Positions 1 to 8,959 of a DNA stretch of 57,929 nt are shown in pieces. Made by a program: the position numbers and the translations under genes. Origin of the DNA: an uncultured Dorea sp. (GTDB lineage Bacteria; Bacillota; Clostridia; Lachnospirales; Lachnospiraceae); NCBI GenBank assembly GCA_964406595.1, contig CAYOSJ010000001.1, positions 1-57,929 on the forward strand, in the 5' to 3' direction. Position 1 is the stretch's first letter, and every line of letters begins with the position of its first letter. A model generated the notes under the pieces. The model did no database searches, was not told where the DNA came from, and worked only from the letters and a program-made list of their open reading frames with translations.

Positions 1-79
1 ATCAAGGTTTTTATTAGATTTTAGTACAAAAAAACAGGTAGTTTTTGACACTACCTAATAATTTATGGAGGGCTAAGAA

Positions 80-1066
80 ATGGAAAAAATCAAAATTGGT
101 ATCGTCGGATATGGTAACATTGGACGAGGCGTAGAGCGCGCGATTGCCCGTAATGAAGATATGGAATTAAAAGTGGTATTTACACGGAGAGAACCGTCTT
201 CTGTGAAGATTGAGACAGAAGGTGTAACAGTAAAACACGTTGACGATATGTTGTTGATGAAAGATGAGATTGACGTTATGATGCTTTGCGGAGGTTCTGC
301 AACGGATCTTCCGGTCATGGGACCTGAGATCGTGGCAAACTTCAATACGATTGATAGTTTTGATACGCATGCAAGAATTCCGGAATATTTCGAAAAAGTG
401 GACAAGGCAGCAAAAGCAGGCGGAAATATCGGAATTATTTCCGTAGGCTGGGATCCGGGAATGTTCTCCCTGAACCGCCTGTATGCAGAGGCGATCCTTC
501 CACAGGGAAGTACCTATACATTCTGGGGCAAAGGCGTCAGTCAGGGACATTCTGATGCGATCCGCCGCGTAGAAGGGGTAAAAAATGCGATCCAGTATAC
601 GGTTCCGATTGAAACAGCCGTTGAGCGTGTAAGAAGCGGCAGCGCACCGGAACTTACTACAAGAGAGAAGCACCTCCGCGAGTGTTATGTGGTGGCAGAA
701 GAAGGCGCAGATCTTGCAAAGATCGAAGAGACGATCAAGACAATGCCCAATTATTTCGATGAATATGACACGACGGTAACATTTATTACAGAAGAAGAAT
801 TAAAAAGAGATCATAGCGCGATGCCTCACGGCGGATTTGTCATCCGAAGCGGTGAGACAGGGCACGACGGGAATAAGCACATTATCGAATACTCATTGAA
901 ACTGGATTCCAATCCAGAGTTTACAGCTTGCGTACTTGTATGTTATGCAAGAGCGGCATACCGCCTTGCTAAGAAAGGAGAGAGCGGTGCAAGAAGCGTA
1001 TACGATATTGCGCCAGGACTTCTCTCTGTGAAGAGCGCAGAAGAACTCAGGGCACAGATATTATAA
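80..1066 (+). CDS. ddh: meso-diaminopimelate dehydrogenase
   Basis: 328 aa; N-terminal GYGNIG Rossmann motif, DSFDTH, GWDPG, WGKGVSQGHS and PHGG motifs; RBS GGAGG upstream. Confidence 0.93.
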   Translation: MEKIKIGIVGYGNIGRGVERAIARNEDMELKVVFTRREPSSVKIETEGVTVKHVDDMLLMKDEIDVMMLCGGSATDLPVMGPEIVANFNTIDSFDTHARIPEYFEKVDKAAKAGGNIGIISVGWDPGMFSLNRLYAEAILPQGSTYTFWGKGVSQGHSDAIRRVEGVKNAIQYTVPIETAVERVRSGSAPELTTREKHLRECYVVAEEGADLAKIEETIKTMPNYFDEYDTTVTFITEEELKRDHSAMPHGGFVIRSGETGHDGNKHIIEYSLKLDSNPEFTACVLVCYARAAYRLAKKGESGARSVYDIAPGLLSVKSAEELRAQIL

Positions 1067-1127
1067 TTTGGGACAGGGTATTTTTAATCTGGGACGGAGT
1101 AAATTTAAATTTACCCCGTCCCAGATT
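1065..1127. repeat. Palindromic intergenic repeat, copy 1 (three 21-bp units, last inverted)
   Basis: AATTTGGGACAGGGTATTTTT-AATCTGGGACGGAGTAAATTT-AAATTTACCCCGTCCCAGATT; overlaps the ddh stop and precedes the tatD RBS. Confidence 0.92.
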
Positions 1128-1139
1128 GAAGGAGAGACT

Positions 1140-1904
1140 ATGATATTTGATACACATGCACATTATGATGATGAACAATTTAATGAGGACCGCGAGAAAC
1201 TGCTTCTTTCTCTGCCCGGGCAGGGGGTTGGGACGATTGTTAATGTGAGCGCCCGCTATGATTCTTGTGAGAAGGTGGTTGCCATGGCACACAAGTATCC
1301 GTTCATGTATGCAGCGGTGGGGGTTCACCCGGATGAGGTGGGAGATCTGAACGAAGAAACATTTGCCCGCATGAAGGAACTTTTTAAGGACGATAAGGTT
1401 GTAGCGGTCGGGGAGATCGGGCTTGATTATCACTGGGACGTGGAGCCGCGTGAAGTACAAAAAGAATGGTTTATCCGTCAGCTTGACCTTGCAAGAGAAC
1501 TGGATCTTCCGGTTAATATCCACAGCCGGGATGCTTCTGAAGATACTTTTCAGGTGATGAAAGAGCACGGGCAGGGATTAAAAGGTATTATTCATTGTTT
1601 CTCCGGTTCAAAAGAACTGGCGGTAGAATATGTAAAACTTGGGTTCCTGATCGGCGTCGGCGGTGTAGTCACTTTTAAAAATGGGAAGAAATTAAAACAG
1701 GTAGTTGAAACAGTGCCTCTTGAGTCGATCGTGCTTGAGACGGACTGCCCGTACCTTGCGCCGGAGCCGTATCGTGGCAAACGGAATCATTCTGCATATA
1801 TCTGTTACGTGGCAGAGGAAATTGCAAGGATTAAAGGAATCACTCGTGAAGACGTGTTAAAACAAACGGAAGAGAATGCAAAGAAGGTATATGGGCTGAG
1901 TTGA
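1140..1904 (+). CDS. tatD: TatD family deoxyribonuclease, copy 1
   Basis: FDTHAH, GVHP, VGEIGLDY, HSRDA, IIHCFSG and LETDCPYLAP motifs; start moved to ATG 1140 after GAAGGAGAG (the ORF-track extension is the translated repeat). Confidence 0.93.
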   Translation: MIFDTHAHYDDEQFNEDREKLLLSLPGQGVGTIVNVSARYDSCEKVVAMAHKYPFMYAAVGVHPDEVGDLNEETFARMKELFKDDKVVAVGEIGLDYHWDVEPREVQKEWFIRQLDLARELDLPVNIHSRDASEDTFQVMKEHGQGLKGIIHCFSGSKELAVEYVKLGFLIGVGGVVTFKNGKKLKQVVETVPLESIVLETDCPYLAPEPYRGKRNHSAYICYVAEEIARIKGITREDVLKQTEENAKKVYGLS

Positions 1905-1927
1905 TTTTTAACATTTTGTTACAACTG

Positions 1928-1990
1928 AATTTGGGACAGGGTATTTTGAATCTGGGACGGGGTAAATTTAAATTTACCCCGTCCCAGATT
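1928..1990. repeat. Palindromic intergenic repeat, copy 2
   Basis: Same three-unit layout; 1949-1990 is a perfect 42-bp palindrome. Confidence 0.92.
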
Positions 1991-2002
1991 AAAGGAGAGG
2001 CT

Positions 2003-2767
2003 ATGATATTTGATACACATGTACATTATGATGATGAACAATTTAATGAGGACCGCGAGAAACTGATTCTTTCTCTGCCCGGGCAGGGGGTTGGGACGAT
2101 TGTTAATGTGAGCGCTCGCTATGATTCTTGTGAGAAGGTGGTTGCCATGGCACACAAGTATCCGTTCATGTATGCAGCGGTGGGGGTTCACCCGGATGAG
2201 GTGGGAGATCTGAACGAAGAAACATTTGCCCGCATGAAGGAACTTTTTAAGGACGATAAGGTTGTAGCGGTCGGGGAGATCGGGCTTGATTATCACTGGG
2301 ACGTGGAGCCGCGTGAAGTACAAAAAGAATGGTTTATCCGTCAGCTTGACCTTGCAAGAGAACTGGATCTTCCGGTTAATATCCACAGCCGGGATGCTTC
2401 TGAAGATACTTTTCAGGTGATGAAAGAGCACGGGCAGGGATTAAAAGGTATTATTCATTGTTTCTCCGGTTCAAAAGAACTGGCGGTAGAATATGTAAAA
2501 CTTGGGTTCCTGATCGGCGTCGGCGGTGTAGTCACTTTTAAAAATGGGAAGAAATTAAAACAGGTAGTTGAAACAGTGCCTCTTGAGTCGATCGTGCTTG
2601 AGACGGACTGCCCGTACCTTGCGCCGGAGCCGTATCGTGGCAAACGGAATCATTCTGCATATATCTGTTACGTGGCAGAGGAAATTGCAAGGATTAAAGG
2701 AATCACTCGTGAAGACGTGTTAAAACAAACGGAAGAGAATGCAAAGAAGGTATATGGGCTGAGTTGA
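2003..2767 (+). CDS. tatD: TatD family deoxyribonuclease, copy 2 (863-bp tandem duplicate)
   Basis: Protein identical to copy 1 except THAH>THVH and KLLL>KLIL; offset exactly 863 bp. Confidence 0.9.
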   Translation: MIFDTHVHYDDEQFNEDREKLILSLPGQGVGTIVNVSARYDSCEKVVAMAHKYPFMYAAVGVHPDEVGDLNEETFARMKELFKDDKVVAVGEIGLDYHWDVEPREVQKEWFIRQLDLARELDLPVNIHSRDASEDTFQVMKEHGQGLKGIIHCFSGSKELAVEYVKLGFLIGVGGVVTFKNGKKLKQVVETVPLESIVLETDCPYLAPEPYRGKRNHSAYICYVAEEIARIKGITREDVLKQTEENAKKVYGLS

Positions 2768-2790
2768 TTTTTAACATTTTGTTACAACTG

Positions 2791-2853
2791 AATTTGGGAC
2801 AGGGTATTTTGAATCTGGGACGGGGTAAATTTAAATTTACCCCGTCCCAGATT
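2791..2853. repeat. Palindromic intergenic repeat, copy 3
   Basis: Identical to copy 2, 863 bp downstream. Confidence 0.92.
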
Positions 2854-2971
2854 CAGATTTAAAAATTCATATATTCTTAATATGATTTTGGACGATGTTA
2901 TTGTATAATGTAGTACAAGGGTCAGGAGATGCATTCCCCCAAATAGTATATAAATTGGAGATTAGATATAG

Positions 2972-3847
2972 ATGAGGAAACCTACGCTGGGAAATCCGCA
3001 GAATACGATAGAAGTCTTGCAGAAGTATCAATTTACGTTTCAGAAAAAGTTCGGGCAGAATTTCTTGATTGATTCTCATGTTCTGGACAAGATCATACGG
3101 GCGGCAGAGATTACGAAGGATGACATGGTGCTGGAGATCGGACCGGGGATTGGGACGATGACGCAATATCTGGCGGAAGCTGCGAGAAAGGTCGTTGCCG
3201 TAGAGATCGACAGGAATTTGATACCGATTTTATCGGATACGCTTGACGGATATGAAAATGTAGAGATTCTGAATGAAGATATTCTGAAAGTGGATATTGA
3301 GAAACTGGTGAGAGAAGAAAATAATGGGAAACCGATTAAGGTCGTGGCGAATCTTCCGTACTATATTACGACGCCGATCATCATGGGGCTGTTTGAATCG
3401 CATGTGCCGGTAGAGAGTATCACGGTCATGGTACAGAAGGAAGTGGCGGAACGTATGCAGACGGGACCGGGAAATAAGGATTACGGAGCGTTATCGCTGG
3501 CAGTTCAATATTATGCCGAACCGTACATTGTGGCAAATGTCCCGCCGAACTGTTTTATGCCAAGGCCGAAGGTTGGTTCTGCAGTGATCCGGCTGACGAG
3601 GCATGCAGCGCCTCCGGTAGAGGTTCAAAATGAGCGATTGCTGTTTGATATCATAAGAGCGTCTTTTAACCAGCGCAGAAAGACACTGGTAAATGGACTG
3701 AATAATTCTGATAAATTAGACATTCCCAAGGAAGTCATCATAGAGGCGATCGAGCAGTTAGGCAAAGGTGTGGGAGTGCGGGGCGAATCCCTGACACTGG
3801 AAGAATTTGGGGAACTGAGTAATTATATAGAAGAAAGACGAAAATAA
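2972..3847 (+). CDS. rsmA: 16S rRNA (adenine-N6,N6)-dimethyltransferase
   Basis: KKFGQNFL, LEIGPGIG, VANLPYYITT and F.PRPKVGS motifs; tatD-rsmA synteny typical of Firmicutes. Confidence 0.95.
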   Translation: MRKPTLGNPQNTIEVLQKYQFTFQKKFGQNFLIDSHVLDKIIRAAEITKDDMVLEIGPGIGTMTQYLAEAARKVVAVEIDRNLIPILSDTLDGYENVEILNEDILKVDIEKLVREENNGKPIKVVANLPYYITTPIIMGLFESHVPVESITVMVQKEVAERMQTGPGNKDYGALSLAVQYYAEPYIVANVPPNCFMPRPKVGSAVIRLTRHAAPPVEVQNERLLFDIIRASFNQRRKTLVNGLNNSDKLDIPKEVIIEAIEQLGKGVGVRGESLTLEEFGELSNYIEERRK

Positions 3848-3883
3848 TCGGGCAATTAAGAAGGGGTAGAAAGGGTGATGATT

Positions 3884-5263
3884 ATGTCAAATAATTCAAG
3901 AGATGTAGGACATGTGTTATTCGAGGTGACGCCGGCGGTGCAGAGACTGGCGGACTTGTGTGAGAAGAATAATGCGATTGATAAGGAACTGTATGCAAAG
4001 TATGAAGTGAAGAGAGGGCTGCGAGACCTGAATGGAAAAGGTGTGCTTGCGGGTCTGACGAATATATCTGATGTATGTGCGAAAAAGGTTGTGGACGGTG
4101 TGGAAGTACCTTGTGAAGGCAATCTTTATTATCGCGGTTACAACATCAAGGATCTCGTAGATGGATTCTTAAAGGATAAACAGTTTGGGTTTGAGGAAAT
4201 TGCATATCTATTGTTATTTGGAGAACTGCCGAATCAGCAGGAACTGGAAGAATTCCACGGAGTGCTTGTGAGGAGGAGTACGCTGCCGCCGACATTTGTA
4301 AGAGATGTTATTATGAAAGCGACAAGTTCTGATATGATGAATAATCTGTCGCGTTCTATCTTAAGTTTATATACATACGATGACAAAGCAGATGATACGT
4401 CTATTCCGAATGTATTGAGACAGTGTCTGAACCTGATCAGCCAATTTCCGATGATGATGGTGTACAGTTATCATGCTTATAATTATCGCCAGGGGCAAGA
4501 TCTCTTTATCTACGCACCGTCACCGGAGTTGTCTGTAGCGGAGAATATATTGATGATGTTACGGGAGGATCGTAAATATACGAAACTGGAGGCAAGGATC
4601 CTTGACATGGCGCTGGTGCTTCACATGGATCATGGCGGTGGTAATAATTCTACATTTACGACACACGTAGTCACTTCTTCGGGGACGGACACATACTCGA
4701 CGATCGCAGCGGCGATGGCATCTCTTAAGGGACCAAAGCATGGCGGTGCAAACATCAAGGTAACGCAGATGTTTGAAGACATGAAAAAAGTTGTATCTGA
4801 CTGGGAAGATGAGGAAGAAGTAAGGGCATACTTGAATGCGCTTCTTGAGAAGGAAGCATTTGACAGGAAAGGTCTTATCTATGGTATGGGGCATGCCATT
4901 TATTCCATATCAGATCCGAGAGCGGATATATTCAAGAAATTTGTAAAACGTCTCGCAAAAGAGAAGGGGTGCGAAAAGGAGTATGCGCTTTACGCCATGG
5001 TGGAGAAGATGGCGCCGGAGGTTATCGCCGAAAAACGAAAGATCTACAAAGGTGTCAATGCAAATGTAGACTTTTACAGTGGGCTTGTGTACAGTATGCT
5101 GGATCTTCCGCCGTCACTGTATACGCCTATCTTCGCAACCGCGCGTATCGTAGGCTGGAGCGCACATCGTCTGGAAGAACTTAAGAATGTGGATAAGATC
5201 ATCCGTCCGGCATACAAACCGTTGGCGCCATATAAAAAGTATATACCGATGAATGAGCGTTAA
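3884..5263 (+). CDS. Citrate synthase family protein
   Basis: LYYRGY, HMDHG..NNSTF, GPKHGGAN, GMGHAIY..DPR and NVDFYSG motifs; start uncertain (3875-3884). Confidence 0.88.
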   Translation: MSNNSRDVGHVLFEVTPAVQRLADLCEKNNAIDKELYAKYEVKRGLRDLNGKGVLAGLTNISDVCAKKVVDGVEVPCEGNLYYRGYNIKDLVDGFLKDKQFGFEEIAYLLLFGELPNQQELEEFHGVLVRRSTLPPTFVRDVIMKATSSDMMNNLSRSILSLYTYDDKADDTSIPNVLRQCLNLISQFPMMMVYSYHAYNYRQGQDLFIYAPSPELSVAENILMMLREDRKYTKLEARILDMALVLHMDHGGGNNSTFTTHVVTSSGTDTYSTIAAAMASLKGPKHGGANIKVTQMFEDMKKVVSDWEDEEEVRAYLNALLEKEAFDRKGLIYGMGHAIYSISDPRADIFKKFVKRLAKEKGCEKEYALYAMVEKMAPEVIAEKRKIYKGVNANVDFYSGLVYSMLDLPPSLYTPIFATARIVGWSAHRLEELKNVDKIIRPAYKPLAPYKKYIPMNER

Positions 5264-5294
5264 AAGAAACGATTTAGTGGGAGGAATATCAGTT

Positions 5295-6227
5295 ATGAAG
5301 AGAGAATTTGGGTATCTGTCTATGGATGGAGTGACTGAGATTCATGCAGTCGAGTGGATCCCGGAAGGAGACGTAAAGGCGGTTCTTCAGATATGCCATG
5401 GCATGTCTGAGCATATCGGGCGTTATGATGAATTTGCAGAATATTTAAATGAGAGAGGTATCTGTGTCTTCGGACACGATCATCTGGGACATGGAAGATC
5501 CGTGCAGGGTGATGAGTTCTATGGATATTTCCACGCCGAGAAGGGAAATGAATATGTGATCGGAGATATTCATACGCTTCGCGGGATCATGAAGGAGAAG
5601 TATCCCGATGTGCCATATTTCATGCTGGGACACAGTATGGGTTCGTTCCTGCTGCGGCAATATCTGACAATGTACGGGGAAGGTCTTCACGGGGCAGTGA
5701 TCATGGGGACTGGTCATCATGGACCGCTTCTTCTGAATTTCGGACAACTGCTGTGCAAAGCATTTGCTCTTGTAAAGGGCTGGAAATATAGAAGCCGGCT
5801 GATCCATAACTTAAGTTTTGGCGGATTCAACAAGAAGTTCAAAGATGATAAAACAGGAGCTAACTGGCTGTCTACAAATGTGGAAAATTGCGTGCGTTAT
5901 GCAGAAGATCCGCAATGTGATTTTGTGTTTACGGTCAATGGCTATTATCAGATGTTTGAGGGAATGAAAGTGCTTACGGACAGGGAAAGTGTCGGTAAAA
6001 TTCCTCAAGATCTTCCGATATTTTTTGTGGCGGGCTCTGATGACCCGGTAGGAAATTTTGGCAAAGCTGTATATAAGATTTATAAGAAATATAAGAAAGC
6101 CGGGATCAAAGACGTGCAGTTGAAATTATATAAGGGCGACCGGCACGAGATTTTAAATGAACTGGACCGTGAGCAGGTCTACGAGGATATCTATGTGTGG
6201 CTGTCTCACAGGTGTCCTGTTTGTTAA
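5295..6227 (+). CDS. Alpha/beta hydrolase (lysophospholipase-like)
   Basis: HGMSEH, DHLGHG, GHSMG nucleophile elbow and HEILNE motifs; RBS GGGAGG. Confidence 0.88.
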   Translation: MKREFGYLSMDGVTEIHAVEWIPEGDVKAVLQICHGMSEHIGRYDEFAEYLNERGICVFGHDHLGHGRSVQGDEFYGYFHAEKGNEYVIGDIHTLRGIMKEKYPDVPYFMLGHSMGSFLLRQYLTMYGEGLHGAVIMGTGHHGPLLLNFGQLLCKAFALVKGWKYRSRLIHNLSFGGFNKKFKDDKTGANWLSTNVENCVRYAEDPQCDFVFTVNGYYQMFEGMKVLTDRESVGKIPQDLPIFFVAGSDDPVGNFGKAVYKIYKKYKKAGIKDVQLKLYKGDRHEILNELDREQVYEDIYVWLSHRCPVC

Positions 6228-6979
6228 GGGATGATCTCGACAAATGTTTTATAAAAATCATAAAGTTTCCCATCTTCCTGAGCGCATAGCAAGAAACGGC
6301 TGATAATATAGCCGGTGCGGTATGTCTTTTGGAGATGGGCTAAAAGTTCGTGCAGGTTATTAGGAAATCCTTCGGTAACCTCTTCTTTCATCAGACAGGC
6401 AATATAGGTATGGTTATTTTTTTCCCAAAGTATTTCTGACTTTGGGAAAAGTGATAACTGTTCTGTCGGGACCGTCAGTCCGCGGCGCTCCGTCCGGATG
6501 TTTTCCGAGTGTTGTACACGAGAATATAAGTAAGGATCTTCCATGTATTGTCGGAGTTTTTCGATTTCAATCAGATCGAAAGATACGATATAGTCTGTAT
6601 CAATATCCGTTTTTGTAAATGGGTGCAGCCTTAATTCCTCCAAAGTGTGGATGGCGTCAAGTCTGGAGTGTAGTTTTTCAATGCGACGTTGTATTTGTTG
6701 TTGCTGATTTTTTAATTCTTTAATTTTTGCTTCAAATAAAGATTCGTGCTCTTCCGGCGTGGAATGTTCCATTGTCGGTATCTTCTTCAGGGGAATCCCA
6801 AGATTTTTGTAAAAGATAATATCTGAGAGTTTCATCAAGTCTGCCACTGTGTATTCGCGATAGTTGTTCTCGGCATTTTTGCAGGAAACTACGATCCCGG
6901 CGTCTTCCCAGTAACGTAATGTAGAAGCAGGAAGATCAAAAAAATGTGAGATTTCTCCAATATGAAATCGTTTATCCAT
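6224..6979 (-). CDS. MerR family transcriptional regulator
   Basis: IGEISHFFDLPASTLRYWE...NNYREY MerR HTH followed by a coiled coil; divergent from the MATE gene. Confidence 0.88.
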   Translation of the reverse strand: MDKRFHIGEISHFFDLPASTLRYWEDAGIVVSCKNAENNYREYTVADLMKLSDIIFYKNLGIPLKKIPTMEHSTPEEHESLFEAKIKELKNQQQQIQRRIEKLHSRLDAIHTLEELRLHPFTKTDIDTDYIVSFDLIEIEKLRQYMEDPYLYSRVQHSENIRTERRGLTVPTEQLSLFPKSEILWEKNNHTYIACLMKEEVTEGFPNNLHELLAHLQKTYRTGYIISRFLLCAQEDGKLYDFYKTFVEIIP

Positions 6980-7025
6980 TACCATCACCCCTAAGGAATT
7001 TTGTTTGATTATATCAGATTTTGTA

Positions 7026-7056
7026 TTGACCTTCAAGTAACTTTAAGGTTTAAAAT
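7026..7056 (+). promoter_or_regulatory. MerR-type promoter with 19-bp spacer and dyad operator
   Basis: TTGACC-19 bp-TAAAAT with dyad ACCTTCAAGT-A-ACTTTAAGGT (7029-7049) across the spacer, the hallmark of MerR-activated promoters. Confidence 0.82.
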
Positions 7057-7074
7057 GAGTACGGAGGGATAGAT

Positions 7075-8424
7075 ATGGAAAAATTATTGATCTTTGATTC
7101 TGCAGAGGAAGTACGGTTTGGAAAAGTATTGAAGTTTATCATTCCAACGTACCTGACTTCTTTGTTTAATACGGTTTATACGATCATAGACGGGATTTTT
7201 GTATCTTTATATGTAGGAACAAATGCATTGGCTGCCATCAATATTGTATATCCGATCGTAAATGTGCTGACAGGGATCGCATTGGCATTTGCAACAGGAG
7301 GGAGCGCCATTGCCGCGCTTCAGATCGGAGGCGGGAAGAGACGGGAAGCGGACAGGACATTTTCGGTGTGTATGATCGCCGCGATCTTACTTGGCTGCAT
7401 GGTCTCGGTGTTTGTATGGCTGAGATTGCCTGCCATACTGACCGTATTAGGAGCAACCAGATTAACGATAGCAGATTGTAAAGTGTATGCGTTCTGGTGG
7501 CTGATCGGTACGCCTGTTGTTATCGGAAAGGAACTTCTTACGTATTTTATCCGCGTGGACGGTTCGCCGACATATAGTTTTTTCATGGCACTTTCCGGGG
7601 GAATCTTGAATATTGTCCTGGATTATATTCTTGTAGGGTGTATGGAAATGGGAATATTGGGGGCGGCGCTGGCTACGGTTCTGGGATTACTCCTCGCATT
7701 TGCTATGGGAATCTATTATTTGATAAAACGGAAAAATACACTTCATTTTACAGGGCAGCAGTTATCAATAAAGACAGGATTTCGTTGCGTAGTGAATGGG
7801 ACGTCCGAGTTTGTCAACCAACTGGCGATCGCGATCACGACGATCGTTTTTAACCGGACGGTCATGGCGTATGCAGGAGAAGATGGGATTGCCGCAGTCT
7901 CGATCATCATGTATCTGCAGTTTCTGTTTATCGGAATCTACTTTGGCTGTTCTATGGGGATCGCACCGCCTCTTAGTTACGCTTATGGAAATAAGAAGTT
8001 TGACGTCTGCGGCGTCCTTGAGCGATATGCGCGCCGGTTTTTCTGTATCGCGCCGGTTGTGATCTATGCATTCACTTTTCTGCTTGCGCCTGCAGGAGTC
8101 TCCCTTTTTGCTCCCAAAAGCAGCAGCGTGTATGCCCTGGCGGTGTCAGGTATGCGGATATATGGACTGGGCTTTTTGTTTTCCGGGATAAATATATTTG
8201 CCGCGATCCGTATGATGGCTTATGGAAAAGGAGAAATATCGGGAATGATCACATTTCTGCGTTCATTCGCACTGTTGTTGCTGTTCCTGATCGTACTGCC
8301 CGGGTTTTTGGGGATTCATGGGATCTGGCTTGCGGTACCGATGGCAGAAAGTCTGACGTTGATTCTGGCAGTTGTGACATTGCTATCTGTTCCGCGCAGT
8401 ATGAGAACGGAAAAAATCCGCTAA
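7075..8424 (+). CDS. MATE family efflux transporter
   Basis: 449 aa, ~12 hydrophobic segments, YTIIDGIFV and NIVLDY..V...MGILGAALAT motifs. Confidence 0.9.
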   Translation: MEKLLIFDSAEEVRFGKVLKFIIPTYLTSLFNTVYTIIDGIFVSLYVGTNALAAINIVYPIVNVLTGIALAFATGGSAIAALQIGGGKRREADRTFSVCMIAAILLGCMVSVFVWLRLPAILTVLGATRLTIADCKVYAFWWLIGTPVVIGKELLTYFIRVDGSPTYSFFMALSGGILNIVLDYILVGCMEMGILGAALATVLGLLLAFAMGIYYLIKRKNTLHFTGQQLSIKTGFRCVVNGTSEFVNQLAIAITTIVFNRTVMAYAGEDGIAAVSIIMYLQFLFIGIYFGCSMGIAPPLSYAYGNKKFDVCGVLERYARRFFCIAPVVIYAFTFLLAPAGVSLFAPKSSSVYALAVSGMRIYGLGFLFSGINIFAAIRMMAYGKGEISGMITFLRSFALLLLFLIVLPGFLGIHGIWLAVPMAESLTLILAVVTLLSVPRSMRTEKIR

Positions 8425-8446
8425 CCTTTTGGCTAACGGATTTTTC
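8410..8446 (-). terminator. Intrinsic terminator, better formed on the minus strand
   Basis: Minus strand AATCCGTTAGCC-AAAA-GGTTAGCGGATTTTTT pairs fully using two G-U pairs; the plus strand has two A-C mismatches. Confidence 0.75.
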
Positions 8447-8532
8447 TTTTTATAGTTATCTAAAGGAATGAGAGTAAAGTGTTTTTACACTTTTATGAGG
8501 GGGAGATAGTTGATATCCTGTTCAACTATCTG
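8410..8532 (-). ncRNA. Candidate small RNA (~120 nt)
   Basis: -10-like TATACT just upstream; 10-bp hairpin AGATAGTTGA/TCAACTATCT, unpaired CCCCCTC, hairpin AAAGTGT/ACACTTT, ACTCTCATTCCTTT, then a minus-strand terminator. Confidence 0.45.
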
Positions 8533-8608
8533 AGTATAAGTATAAAAGATAAATATGTCTAAAATATGTTAATTCTATAAAAGAAAAAGAAAAAATCTTA
8601 AGAAATGC

Positions 8609-8959
8609 TTAAAGGACAACTTTAAGTTGCCTCTGTCTGTTTAAATGTCCAACTAAAATATCGAAAAATTCACCAGAAGTAGGTCTGTCCTGAAGTGGGT
8701 GGAGCGCAATCTCCTGCAAGAAGGCTTTGTTGCCGCGTTCCCAGCAGACTTTAACCACGGTACGAAGATCTCGTTCAACGCTGCTGCTGGTTGCCTGAAA
8801 CTCTTTGGCGATCTCAGGATAGAGTAGTTTGCTGATAGACAGAAGATAGTCTTCGTTGTAGGAACACAGTTTTACTCCATAACTTAGATAACGGTAGCCG
8901 CGATAGTTGGCGCCGATTCCCAAAGAGCGAATGAGACATTCGATATCAAAATCGTACAT
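8609..8959 (-). CDS. Stand-alone Spo0A C-terminal (DNA-binding) domain protein
   Basis: LGIGANYRGYRYL, KLLYPEIAKEF.ATSSSVERDLR and RPTSGEF match the Spo0A effector domain; no receiver domain; RBS AAGGAG. Confidence 0.85.
   Translation of the reverse strand: MYDFDIECLIRSLGIGANYRGYRYLSYGVKLCSYNEDYLLSISKLLYPEIAKEFQATSSSVERDLRTVVKVCWERGNKAFLQEIALHPLQDRPTSGEFFDILVGHLNRQRQLKVVL

Noticed and set aside
1068-1139. N-terminal extensions of TatD (MGQGIFNLGRSKFKFTPSQI) as a coding repeat
   Set aside because: They are just the repeat translated; good RBSs precede ATG 1140 and 2003, and copy 8 has a stop in the frame of its downstream gene.
1065-2853. Three equally spaced palindromic repeats read as a CRISPR array or integron cassette array
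   Set aside because: The 'spacers' are 800-bp near-identical tatD copies, not unique 30-40-bp spacers; no cas genes, integron integrase or attC RYYYAAC/GTTRRRY ends are seen.
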